A stretch of DNA of 63,120 nt, filler included, from Reclinomonas americana ATCC 50394 (Eukaryota): the NCBI GenBank assembly GCA_048213135.1. It is 6 parts of 4 records of this genome, joined end to end, with 100 filler letters (N's around TTAATTAATTAA, not from the genome) between each part and the next. Parts side by side here need not be neighbours in the genome. Positions count along the whole stretch, not along the records: positions 17,574 to 41,314 come from PS015127.1; positions 41,415 to 51,568 come from PS015127.1; 4 more parts are not named here. The stretch is one strand, 5' to 3'. Below, one piece after another: positions 26,385 through 41,821 of this stretch (position 1 is the stretch's first letter; every line of letters begins with the position of its first letter). Under the pieces are notes generated by a model. That model saw only the letters and a list, made by a program, of their open reading frames with translations, was not told where the DNA came from and ran no database searches. Made by a program: the position numbers and the translations under genes.

Positions 26385-27091
26385 NNNNNNNNNNNNNNNN
26401 NNNNNNNNNNNNNNNNNNNNNNNNNNNNNNNNNNNNNNNNNNNNNNNNNNNNNNNNNNNNNNNNNNNNNNNNNNNNNNNNNNNNNNNNNNNNNNNNNNNN
26501 NNNNNNNNNNNNNNNNNNNNNNNNNNNNNNNNNNNNNNNNNNNNNNNNNNNNNNNNNNNNNNNNNNNNNNNNNNNNNNNNNNNNNNNNNNNNNNNNNNNN
26601 NNNNNNNNNNNNNNNNNNNNNNNNNNNNNNNNNNNNNNNNNNNNNNNNNNNNNNNNNNNNNNNNNNNNNNNNNNNNNNNNNNNNNNNNNNNNNNNNNNNN
26701 NNNNNNNNNNNNNNNNNNNNNNNNNNNNNNNNNNNNNNNNNNNNNNNNNNNNNNNNNNNNNNNNNNNNNNNNNNNNNNNNNNNNNNNNNNNNNNNNNNNN
26801 NNNNNNNNNNNNNNNNNNNNNNNNNNNNNNNNNNNNNNNNNNNNNNNNNNNNNNNNNNNNNNNNNNNNNNNNNNNNNNNNNNNNNNNNNNNNNNNNNNNN
26901 NNNNNNNNNNNNNNNNNNNNNNNNNNNNNNNNNNNNNNNNNNNNNNNNNNNNNNNNNNNNNNNNNNNNNNNNNNNNNNNNNNNNNNNNNNNNNNNNNNNN
27001 NNNNNNNNNNNNNNNNNNNNNNNNNNNNNNNNNNNNNNNNNNNNNNNNNNNNNNNNNNNNNNNNNNNNNNNNNNNNNNNNNNNNNNNNNNN

Positions 27092-30550
<3,459 letters not shown>

Positions 30551-31114
30551 GAATAAAAAGTGAGAAAAAGAACGCATTGCATGTGCTCTCTTGACAGTGT
30601 CACTGCTTCGATTCGTCGCATACCTTTACACACAAACATGCACACACACACACANNNNNNNNNNNNNNNNNNNNNNNNNNNNNNNNNNNNNNNNNNNNNN
30701 NNNNNNNNNNNNNNNNNNNNNNNNNNNNNNNNNNNNNNNNNNNNNNNNNNNNNNNNNNNNNNNNNNNNNNNNNNNNNNNNNNNNNNNNNNNNNNNNNNNN
30801 NNNNNNNNNNNNNNNNNNNNNNNNNNNNNNNNNNNNNNNNNNNNNNNNNNNNNNNNNNNNNNNNNNNNNNNNNNNNNNNNNNNNNNNNNNNNNNNNNNNN
30901 NNNNNNNNNNNNNNNNNNNNNNNNNNNNNNNNNNNNNNNNNNNNNNNNNNNNNNNNNNNNNNNNNNNNNNNNNNNNNNNNNNNNNNNNNNNNNNNNNNNN
31001 NNNNNNNNNNNNNNNNNNNNNNNNNNNNNNNNNNNNNNNNNNNNNNNNNNNNNNNNNNNNNNNNNNNNNNNNNNNNNNNNNNNNNNNNNNNNNNNNNNNN
31101 NNNNNNNNNNNNNN

Positions 31115-32232
31115 AGAGATTCAAGAAAAAGAGCGCAGATTGACGAGACGATGCTGCATGCGAACCTTGAAGTCGCGCACAGACAGCACAGACGACATTT
31201 CACCGTCCTCATCGACGACCGGCAATGCAGACAGACCATGCGCACTCATGATCTGCATCGAAAAGGAGTGAGCATCCAGACTGCAATGTCGGGACGATCA
31301 CAGGAGCACACCTGGAACGCGTGCACTGCCCTGTCCTCCTCCGACGCCGTAATCACATCCCGCACGGTGATAAAGTCATTGACCTGGTAAAATGGTGAGT
31401 GGACGGTTACGCAAGAGACAGCGCGCGACTCGCTCCACCCGACCTTCAGTGGTGAGTGCGTCAACACACTTTCGCACTTCTCCACGACAAGACGAATGAC
31501 ATCGGTGGCCGTCAGAATGTACACCAGGTGGCCGTCCCGATCGAAAATCGGCACACGCTTGGAGATGCTGAGTCCACGAGCCGCCTCCAACACTGTTTCT
31601 GTGTCGTGGTGCGCCACGAACGGGTTGCGACCCGAGTAGTCTGCACAACAGACAGTGCGTCAACACCGTGCACCTCCCAGAGTCTAGCATCACAAGAGCA
31701 CACCAGCGACATCGCCGGCTTTTGTGTCGAGGAATTGACGTGCCAGCTCCTGGCTGCTGAGCTTCTCATCGGACACGGGATCCGCACCGTCACCACCCAA
31801 CACCTTCATCGCGTACGCCAGCTGCACACACGCACACACACACAAACGAACAGTGAGTGACACCAGCAGCGACACACACACGACATGAAAACGCAGTTGA
31901 ATGCACCAAATCTGCGTGCATCGACAAGGTGAGTGAGTGGAGATGTGTGGGGATGGGGAAAATGCTCCATCACAACAAGCAAAGAGGCGACTCACCAATG
32001 TAGTCGAGGAACTTCATTGAGCCGTCGGCAAACGTCACCGGAACACTTCGAATATCCTGCGCCACCCCACACCTCTCACCATGAGCATGTGTGTTTGTCA
32101 CGAAAGTATGCGTGTCACACGACTCACCTTCTCCACCAACACCTGTGAAGCAAGAGAGAGAGGCACACAAAGTGAGAGCTCTTGTTTGACAACTGGGCAC
32201 TCGAACACGCAGAAGTGCGCACACAGCAGAGT
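31115..32232 (-). CDS. CBS-domain protein (SDS23/AMPK-gamma-like), both ends uncertain
   Basis: LVEK|DIRSVPV, FLDYIDLLAY, DYSGRNPF, KRVPIFDRDGHLVYILTATDVI, MSAHGLSALPVVDEDG. Confidence 0.75.
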
Positions 32233-32683
32233 CTATTCCACTCACACACGCACACACAGAGAGGAAGACAGCGAGAGACAGAGAGGCGGGAAGAGAGGGG
32301 AAAGAGAGAGACAACACAAAGACGCGCGCGCGCGTGCGTTTGATGGCGCGCACAATGTCCACACACTCTCTTGCTCTTGCTCTTTGCTCTCACTTGCTCG
32401 TACTGCTCACACCTGCAGCGCGTGGAGTACTGTGGTTGTCGACTGAATGGTCACGACGGCCGTATGTCGGTGCACCACCAAATCACGCACTGGCTTGGAA
32501 GCCAGAAACTCCTTCAACGCTGCAAACGACATTTGCTTCTAACGGTCTATGCACAACACAAGAACAAGCACGCACACGCAAAACAAACAACGCGCGTGTG
32601 AAAAAGATGCAGCACGAAAGAGGGGGCAGTTGACCTTTCAATCGATTGACGGAAGGCGCATCAATCAACAAACTAACATAGGC

Positions 32684-33160
32684 ATGAGCGAGAAGGGCTC
32701 CTTTGACGAACGAGGGTATGTTGTCCTTCTGTGTGTGTGTGTGCGTGCTCTCTATCTCGTGCTGCATTTGATGCGCTGTGTGTGTGTGTGTGTGTGTTTG
32801 TGTGAGTGGCGCGTGCATGGAGCCATGTCAGACTTGTCGCTCACACGCTCTCTCTCTCTCTATGTGTGTGTGTGTGTGTGTGTGCACGCACAGGTGGGAA
32901 CGCACCGACTTTCCCATTCTTTGCGAAACATGCCTGGGCGAGAACCCATACGTGCGCATGGTAAACACAGTTGGACTTCTTGTTTTTTCGCGCGCGCACA
33001 CACACAGACACTCACTCTTCCCCCTTCCCTCCCCTCCTTCTCTCTCTCTCTCTCTCTCTCTCTCGTCGTTCATGCGCGTTCAGTTGAAGGAAGAGTTTGG
33101 CAAGGCGTGCAAGATCTGCGATCGCCCGTTTACGGTGTTTCGGTGGAAGCCCGGTCCCAA
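32684..33160 (+). CDS. RBM22: Pre-mRNA splicing factor RBM22/Slt11, N-terminal zinc-binding region (3' lost in gap)
   Basis: [46 protein letters not shown]. Confidence 0.93.
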
Positions 33161-33597
33161 NNNNNNNNNNNNNNNNNNNNNNNNNNNNNNNNNNNNNNNN
33201 NNNNNNNNNNNNNNNNNNNNNNNNNNNNNNNNNNNNNNNNNNNNNNNNNNNNNNNNNNNNNNNNNNNNNNNNNNNNNNNNNNNNNNNNNNNNNNNNNNNN
33301 NNNNNNNNNNNNNNNNNNNNNNNNNNNNNNNNNNNNNNNNNNNNNNNNNNNNNNNNNNNNNNNNNNNNNNNNNNNNNNNNNNNNNNNNNNNNNNNNNNNN
33401 NNNNNNNNNNNNNNNNNNNNNNNNNNNNNNNNNNNNNNNNNNNNNNNNNNNNNNNNNNNNNNNNNNNNNNNNNNNNNNNNNNNNNNNNNNNNNNNNNNNN
33501 NNNNNNNNNNNNNNNNNNNNNNNNNNNNNNNNNNNNNNNNNNNNNNNNNNNNNNNNNNNNNNNNNNNNNNNNNNNNNNNNNNNNNNNNNNNNNNNNN

Positions 33598-35364
33598 GTT
33601 TGACTCGGCGCCGGCCGTGTTGCGCGCGCTGTTGCATGCACCGGACGGAAGCGGTGTCCAGTACATTGCGGCGGGTGCGTTCTCCCTCTTCCCCGCCTGC
33701 CTCTTGTGTCGCGTGTCGGCTCATCTCTCTTGCGGATTGCAGGCATGAACAGTGCAATGGTGGAGGTGCGGCGACTGGGCGCGCATGCCATTGCTCTCGG
33801 CTTTTCGTCGTCGGCCGAGGACATGGAGGCTGTGGTTGCGTGGCCTGCAGAAACGCTTCTTGTTGATGTATGCTGCATACTGATGGGCGATGCAGTTTGC
33901 CACCGACGCAATTCGTGTGTTGTGGGCGGCGTTCACCGACGGCGAGTTGTCCGTGCACAAGGAGGCCGACGCGTTCCTGTTGAAGGTTTGTGTAAAGTGA
34001 ACGCTGTATATCACTGCTGTTCGTCTCATCATCGTTGTGTTGCTGCTCGATAGGTGTTGACGGAGCCTGCACTGTTCGAGGTCTTTCACCGACGCGAGGA
34101 GGTGGTGCGCTACTTCCAAGAGTTGCTGTCGCCGCACGGCAGCAAGAGCGCACTGATGTTGTCGCTGCGCGGCATTGACGTGCTGCTGCGCGCGTCGCAA
34201 TCCTCGGAGGCGGTGCTAAAGTAAGTCACGAAATCCTCTGGCGCGCACAAGGAAGACTTCCTCTCATCGTGTTGTCGTGTAGCTTTGCGATCGATGTTGG
34301 CATGATCACCGCGCTGACAGCGGGTGTGGCGTACGACGACATTTTGCATCCGGCGGCGTGCATGGAGCTCATTCAGCAGGTGGGTGTCTGCGTGATCTCA
34401 CACCGTGCTCTCCCGATATTTGTGCCTCACCTCGCGCGTCTCGTGCGCAGGCGATCAACATTACACACGGCGGCGTTCCGCGTGGTCTGCAGCTGCTGGC
34501 CGAGACGGTGCGAGAGGCGACGTATGGCACGCTGTGCAAGTGGAGTCGCGAATCGGTGCGTGACGAAGGGGAGCTTCCGATGGAGGCCACCTTTGGCATG
34601 CCATCGTTCCTGGACGCACTGTCGGCGTACTTTGCGCGTGTGGCCAGTGCGGATCCCACCGAGGAAACACGTCGTGAGTTGATGGCTGGCTTTGATGGCG
34701 TCTTTACGATGATTGGATCGCTGTGGAAGGCGGCAGCGACCGCACGCGAGCCATCCATCAAGGTGTGTGGGTCTGTGCTCTTTTGGTGACGTCTCGTGTC
34801 AGGTTTGCTGACGCGGGGGGAGACAGAATGGGTTGCTGGTGTGCCTGCGTGGATACTTGCACACGCGTGAGGCACTGGAGTTGCTGCGCGCGTCGCGTTC
34901 CGCCCAGGAGGTGGTCTCCGATGTGTTTTCTGTGCTGCAGGCCGGCCAGCGCGAGCAGGTCCGTCTCGTGGCCTGTGTCAATCTGGCACGCCTCTTTGAG
35001 GCACATGCCACGTTGCGTGGCGATGGCGAGAGAGTGTAGAGGGGGTGTGTTGCTCACACCATGGTGTGTGCAGAGTCCCGCAAGTGTCTGAGGCCGAGCT
35101 GAAGAGTGTACTGTACGACCGACTGCCAGGCAAGCCGGTGCTGGCTGGTCTCCTCATTTCGTACACCACTCTCCCGTTTGCGGAGATCAAGGCGGCGAGC
35201 TTCGATGCCGTGCGAGTTGCGTTGCTCTCTGTCTCTCTCGTTTGCCGCACATCTGTCAGCCATTTCTCACTCATTCAGCATCGTGGTAGGCCTTGTGCTT
35301 GCTGCGGTTTGGCGCCGAGCACGTCATGGAGTACCCGGGATTCCTGCAGCGCATTCTCGATCGC
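33598..35364 (+). CDS. PSMD5: 26S proteasome regulatory-particle assembly chaperone PSMD5 (S5b)-like, partial
   Basis: Helical-repeat protein with DDILHPAACMELI, PFAEIKAASFDAVRAL and MEYPGFLQRILDR resembling PSMD5 conserved segments. Confidence 0.65.
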
Positions 35365-35935
35365 NNNNNNNNNNNNNNNNNNNNNNNNNNNNNNNNNNNN
35401 NNNNNNNNNNNNNNNNNNNNNNNNNNNNNNNNNNNNNNNNNNNNNNNNNNNNNNNNNNNNNNNNNNNNNNNNNNNNNNNNNNNNNNNNNNNNNNNNNNNN
35501 NNNNNNNNNNNNNNNNNNNNNNNNNNNNNNNNNNNNNNNNNNNNNNNNNNNNNNNNNNNNNNNNNNNNNNNNNNNNNNNNNNNNNNNNNNNNNNNNNNNN
35601 NNNNNNNNNNNNNNNNNNNNNNNNNNNNNNNNNNNNNNNNNNNNNNNNNNNNNNNNNNNNNNNNNNNNNNNNNNNNNNNNNNNNNNNNNNNNNNNNNNNN
35701 NNNNNNNNNNNNNNNNNNNNNNNNNNNNNNNNNNNNNNNNNNNNNNNNNNNNNNNNNNNNNNNNNNNNNNNNNNNNNNNNNNNNNNNNNNNNNNNNNNNN
35801 NNNNNNNNNNNNNNNNNNNNNNNNNNNNNNNNNNNNNNNNNNNNNNNNNNNNNNNNNNNNNNNNNNNNNNNNNNNNNNNNNNNNNNNNNNNNNNNNNNNN
35901 NNNNNNNNNNNNNNNNNNNNNNNNNNNNNNNNNNN

Positions 35936-36912
35936 ACTGGTCGAGCGGCGGCATCGGCCGGCAACAGTCGCTGCACGACCTCGCCCTTGCACAGGTTGAC
36001 GGCACAGCCGGGGCAAAAATCGTTGTTGTGGTACGGCGTGATGACGAGGCGATGCCGTGCGTCTGAAGCACGCAGGTGTAAGTCGCGACAACTCTGAAGG
36101 GAGAGTGTTGAACAATGCAATCACCATCGCCGTCGACAGGCACCCACTCGGTCGGATTCGTGTGGATCTGGTGCACGCAGTCGGCCACTCCATGGTGCTA
36201 TCGTACACCGATCAGCAACGATAATAACAGCAGCAGGCGCACAAGGTCCACCTGCAAAATCTCGCTGATGAAGAACTGGTTGCTGTCGGAGACAATGTAC
36301 GTCTCGGCGTCGACGCTGCGCAGCCATCGAAGCATCTCCACCACGGCCGGATTCTGTGTGTCCCCCCTCCTCTGCAATCAGCACGAAAGGAAAGGGCAAG
36401 GGGATCGCATAAAAGACCGACCATGGGCGTGGTGCGAATGGCACGACTGAAATCCGCCTGCTGGAAGCCCTCCTCGCACAGACGCGTTACGCCATAGTTC
36501 TGTTGCAAGCGGGCGAGTGAGTTGCGGAGTTGTGGAGCTGTGGAGGGATGGAAGAAGGTATGTGCACCATCAGCTTGGTCCACTGCATGGTCGACACACG
36601 CTCCTCGACCTCGCGCAAGACAACATCCGGAGACAGCTCCTGATCAGTGCATGAGATGATGATGATCGTGTGAGGGAGATGAGTGTGCGTGTGTGTGAGG
36701 CACCTTGAAGATCCACCGATCGGTGTTCTCATCGCTGTGGAGAGTGTGCGTGAGTTAGGGAGAGAGAGTTTGTGATTGAGTGAGAGAGTCGTGACGAAAC
36801 ACCAGCGTCCTGCGGCATGGGTGAGCGTGAGACACAGGCGCAGGTGTGAGTGAGTGCACCACACACACCAGTCAAAGTCGAAGATGGCGAGTGGGCGACG
36901 CGCAGCGGCCAT
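35936..36912 (-). CDS. PHOSPHO1/PHOSPHO2-family HAD phosphatase (3' partial)
   Basis: IFDFDW|TLV|DENTD motif I, YIVSDSNQFFISEIL, IHTNP, C..CAVNLCKG. Confidence 0.88.
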
Positions 36913-37108
36913 GACAAAAAACTTATCATCTTTCTGTCGACTGATTGACGGACGGATTGCAGAAGTGCATGCTGTACACTTGTCTCAGACGCACGGCTGC
37001 GGCAGTGATTGTGCGGTAATACCGCTGCTCGCTCGCCGCTCGCCGCGATTCAATCATGAAAACGATAAGAAGGAAAGGGAGAGAGAAGATCTGGGCGATC
37101 CGTCGTCC

Positions 37109-38368
37109 TTAGCCGAACGAGACCTTGACGACGGTCGAGTCCTCGTCGACGTGCACGTTCATGCGCTCAGGGCGGTAGTCCTGTGAAGTGGGGGGAAAGG
37201 GAGGGGGAGGGTAAGGAAGAGAGAGGAACAGAAAGGCAGGCTGCGAGGAGACTATCGTGCTGCAATCTGCAATGGAGATCTACAATGCGACTGCGCGTGG
37301 TGGAATACCAGAGTGCGCTGGGTATGATAAACTTTGCAGCTATCGTGCACTCGTATCACCTCTGGCAGTCTACACTATGGCTGCGACCGCTGCAAGTTGC
37401 AATGGAGATCAAAAACACGGCTGCGCGTGCTGGAACACACCGAGTGCGCTGGATACGATCAACTCTACAACAAGCACGTGGATCCATGTCGCCTTGCTGG
37501 CAATCTCTGGCCTCTCTGACTGCTGTTGGTGACGATGACCGTCTACGATACGACTGCACTTGCTGAAACATCCGGGTACGATCAACTCTACAACTAGCAC
37601 GTGGATCCATGTCGACGCGCTGGCAATGTGTGGCAACGACAACATCTCTCTGGCCCCTCTGGCAATCTACACCGCTGGAACGTGCGAGCCTACACGTCTA
37701 TGGCAATCATCTCTGAATGCAACTGCTCCTGCTCCTCACATCAAAGCCCGAAACCGACGATGCTCAACTGGAGAGTCAACACGATCGACTCACACACACT
37801 CTTCTCTCACACCATCTCAACCAACACATCATCAACGTGAGCCTGTTTCAAGACCTCACAATCACTCAATGATCCTTGTCAATCCGACGCGTGTAACAAG
37901 ATCCTCTCTCTCTCTCTCTTCTCTCTTCTCCCTCTTCTCTCTCTCCTCTCCTCACCACTCACCATGGTCACCATCGTTCCCGGTCGCACCACGCGCGCGT
38001 TCTCCGGCAGCTCCTCGCGGTACACAAACGCCCGTCGATCAGAGTGCGTGCGCACCGCAGGCATCGGCGTCGTCACAAGCTTCTTGCCCACAAGCTCGTG
38101 CTTGTTGAACTGAGCGACAGAGAGAGAGAGAGAAAGAGAGTGCGTGAGATGGCCGCACAAACACCGGACATCTTTCTCTCTCATTCTTCTCGTCGCCCTC
38201 GTGCTCTCACGTCGTGCTCATTCTCCACTATGTGTGTGTGTGCGTGTGTGTGTTTGCGCGCACCGCACTGGACTCCATCACCGCCACGGCCGTGAGCGCC
38301 ACCAGCGCCATCAGCGCCATCAACACAAACGAGCGTCTACGCGAAGAGGATAGTGACGTGCGCATCAT
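37109..38368 (-). CDS. Secreted peptidase inhibitor I78-family protein (3 exons)
   Basis: Exons 38368-38264, 38109-37963, 37180-37109; hydrophobic N-terminus; RVVRPGTMVTM|DYRPERMNVHVDEDSTVVKVSFG*. Confidence 0.82.
37255..37690. repeat. Degenerate ~125-130 bp tandem repeat inside I78 gene intron 2
   Basis: TGCAATGGAGATC at 37268/37398; GAGTGCGCTGG at 37311/37442; TACGATCAACTCTACAAC.AGCACGTGGATCCATGTCG at 37454/37577. Confidence 0.8.
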
Positions 38369-38859
38369 GTGAGTGTGATTACTTGCGAGACACAGTGAGG
38401 GCGGAGAGAGGCGCTCACCGCATTGTCTTTGAATCGTGTTTGTCCTCTTGCCCGCCGCGAGCCGCTCACGAACTGTCCAGCATTGATTGTGTTTTGCGAG
38501 CGCGCGCCCAAGTTCCACGCAAACACACACGCGCGCACACACCTCTCTCTCCCTCACACACACACACACACTTGCACGTGTTGTTGTTGTAGTAGTTGTT
38601 GCAGTTGTTGAGCAACTGTTGTGTGCGAAAAGGTCGGTCAAAGTGACGCAGCTCTCTCGTTCTCTCTCTCGCCTGTCTCTCTCTTTCTCTTTTGTGTGTC
38701 TTGTGTGCGGCTGCATGTCGTCCACGTCACTCGTGCGCCCAACACGTGTGTTGTTCCTTTTGTGTGTTTTTTGGTTATTTTTTCGTTGTGTGGCATGTCT
38801 CTCACCCACTCTCGCACACACACATGCACACAGGCGCTCTTTTTTTATAACATTGCACC

Positions 38860-39798
38860 ATGTCGTACGGACGAGGTTTTGGCGCCGGTGGCGGTGGTGA
38901 GTCACTCCCCCAGCACTCGCACGTCTGTCTGCGTCCACATGCAACTGGTCTCTCACACTCACACGCACACATTTATAGGCTTTGGGTCGACAATGACCAG
39001 CGGCTTTGGTGCTCGTAGCACCATTGGTGGAGCGCCGTCGCGCTTTGGTGCGGGCGGTGGCAGTGTGAATCCATTTAGCACAGCGCCCAGTGGCTTTGGC
39101 GGCACGGGATCGGCGTTCGGTGGTGCGGGACGCGGTGCCGGTGGATTCGGTGCCAGCACGGGCGGCTATGGTGCCGCCAGTGGTGGAGGCTTCGGCATGG
39201 GTGCCTCGACTGGCGGCTTTGGCCGCGGAGGCACCACGGGCGGAGGCTTTGGCGCCGCTGCTGGAGGTGGCGGTGGTGCTGCGGGCGGCGGGAGCTTTGC
39301 TGGACGCGGCCGTGTGGGCACAGTTGGCTACCAGTTTGCAGGTGTGCGAGATCTGGATGGGAACAACAAGGTGTGTTGTGGTGATGGCGCTGTGTTGGCT
39401 CTTCTTTCGTCTCACTCTCTTCCCTGCACGCGTAGGTCACGCTGCACACAATTAGCGCCGACGCGGGCTTTATGAATCGATCGCTTGAGGAGTTGCGCAT
39501 GGAGGACTACGCACAGGGTCAGTACGTCTCTGACACGGGTGAGTTTTTGTTGCTGTGTTTGTGGATTGCATCTCTTGTCGCTGTGCTCACGTCCTCTGCA
39601 GCTGGATTCCCCGCAAATGGCGGCTTCCAGAACACCACCTCTGGCTTTGGCGGGGCCAGCACAAGTGGCTTTGCGCAGTCCGGAGCCGGCTTTGGTGCCA
39701 GTAGCGGCGGCGGCGGTTTTGGCCGTGGTACCTCCTTTGGCGCCAGCTCTGGCGGCTTTGGTGCCGGTCGTGGCGGCTTTGGCGCAACGGGCGGCTAC
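38860..39798 (+). CDS. NUP98: Nup98-Nup96 precursor, FG-repeat N-terminus with GLEBS motif
   Basis: Dense GFG repeats; TISADAGFMNRSLEELRMEDY GLEBS motif. Confidence 0.9.
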
Positions 39799-40451
39799 NN
39801 NNNNNNNNNNNNNNNNNNNNNNNNNNNNNNNNNNNNNNNNNNNNNNNNNNNNNNNNNNNNNNNNNNNNNNNNNNNNNNNNNNNNNNNNNNNNNNNNNNNN
39901 NNNNNNNNNNNNNNNNNNNNNNNNNNNNNNNNNNNNNNNNNNNNNNNNNNNNNNNNNNNNNNNNNNNNNNNNNNNNNNNNNNNNNNNNNNNNNNNNNNNN
40001 NNNNNNNNNNNNNNNNNNNNNNNNNNNNNNNNNNNNNNNNNNNNNNNNNNNNNNNNNNNNNNNNNNNNNNNNNNNNNNNNNNNNNNNNNNNNNNNNNNNN
40101 NNNNNNNNNNNNNNNNNNNNNNNNNNNNNNNNNNNNNNNNNNNNNNNNNNNNNNNNNNNNNNNNNNNNNNNNNNNNNNNNNNNNNNNNNNNNNNNNNNNN
40201 NNNNNNNNNNNNNNNNNNNNNNNNNNNNNNNNNNNNNNNNNNNNNNNNNNNNNNNNNNNNNNNNNNNNNNNNNNNNNNNNNNNNNNNNNNNNNNNNNNNN
40301 NNNNNNNNNNNNNNNNNNNNNNNNNNNNNNNNNNNNNNNNNNNNNNNNNNNNNNNNNNNNNNNNNNNNNNNNNNNNNNNNNNNNNNNNNNNNNNNNNNNN
40401 NNNNNNNNNNNNNNNNNNNNNNNNNNNNNNNNNNNNNNNNNNNNNNNNNNN

Positions 40452-41314
40452 CTGTGCCTGCTGTGTCTGCTGCTGCTGCTGCGCCGCCGCCGCCGTTGCT
40501 GCGGTTGTCGTCGTCTCCTCCTCCTCATCGTCCTCCAGGCCGTAACGCGAAAAGTGCTTGACCGAGAACTCCCACGTGCCCGAGCTGGCATCGTACGAGA
40601 TGAATGTGGCATCCTGCTCGCGCAGCACCGTCTTCAACTTCTCCTCGTAGGCGGCGGCGGCAGACGCCTTGCGGGGCTTCACGCCAAACAGCTGAATGTG
40701 CGCCCGCTTGTTCAACCCGTGACCGACCTCCGGCTTGTTGGGGCACGGCTCCGGGTATACGTCCAACACCTTTTCGCGAATGTTGACAATCTGGTCCAAG
40801 TCGAGACCGCGCACATCGGTGGGCGAGTCCACAAACACCACGCGACCAAAGTCCTTGTGGCCAATCTCAAAGTTCGGCACCGCCGCCAACTCCGAGTCCT
40901 TCATGCGAGCCAGCACCTCAATCGACGGAATGGTGTAGTAGCCGGGGCGAGTCAGGCGCGGTGCATTCTCGTTCACGGTCGGTGGGGATGGCGGCTGGGC
41001 CGGCGAGCGGCCAAAGCTCTCCAACAGCGATCCGTCGGTGGCCCGAGTGGGATCACCGCCGTAGCGAGCAGCGCTGCCGCCAAACACACCCGCACTGGAC
41101 GGCGGCGACACACGCATCGGCCGCGGCGTGAACTCATCGTACCGCGGTGTCATCGAGGCCATCGATACAGACGAGACTCCGGCAGGCGTGGCGTTCACGC
41201 CGCCGGCACCACCACCCGCGGCGGCCGACGGTGGCGACGACGCCTTGTGCGCCGAAAACTGCAGCCGGCGACCGTGCATGTTCAGCTTGCGCGACATGGG
41301 CGTCGCCGCTGAGG
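40452..41314 (-). CDS. NUP98: Nup98 autoproteolytic domain (inverted contig)
   Basis: PRLTRPGYYTIPSIE, DVRGLDLDQIV, KPEVGHGLNKRA, GTWEFSVKHFSRYGL with intact HF|S cleavage motif. Confidence 0.93.
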
Positions 41315-41414
41315 NNNNNNNNNNNNNNNNNNNNNNNNNNNNNNNNNNNNNNNNNNNNTTAATTAATTAANNNNNNNNNNNNNNNNNNNNNNNNNNNNNN
41401 NNNNNNNNNNNNNN
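41315..41414. other. Artificial scaffold linker 44N-TTAATTAATTAA-44N
   Basis: Same 100-bp structure. Confidence 0.97.
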
Positions 41415-41821
41415 ATAGGAGGAAGGAAGGAAGGAAGGAGGAGGAGTTTGGGGGGGAAAAGGCACGAGCAGCGAGTACGCCACTGCGTGTCGCGTCGACG
41501 TTCAAGTCACTGGATCACGGCACGGCACGGCAGACAGGACAACTGGAGAGAGCATGCAGTAGAGAGAGTGTAGTAGCAGCAATGCGGAAATCGCAAAATA
41601 AGATGTAGATTAGTTGTATCCATGTAGTTTTTCCCTTTTGGCCCCACACCACCACGTCGTCTCTCCTGTGTGCGAGTGTCGTGTTGCGTGTGTGGGTGTT
41701 TTTTTCCTCGTCTTCCTATTGTATAATCGTGTAGCGCTTGAGACAGACAGATAAAGTAACAGCAATGTTGATTCATTTATTGTGTGGTGCTTACTGGTGT
41801 TCTGTGTTATTGCTGGCGTAG

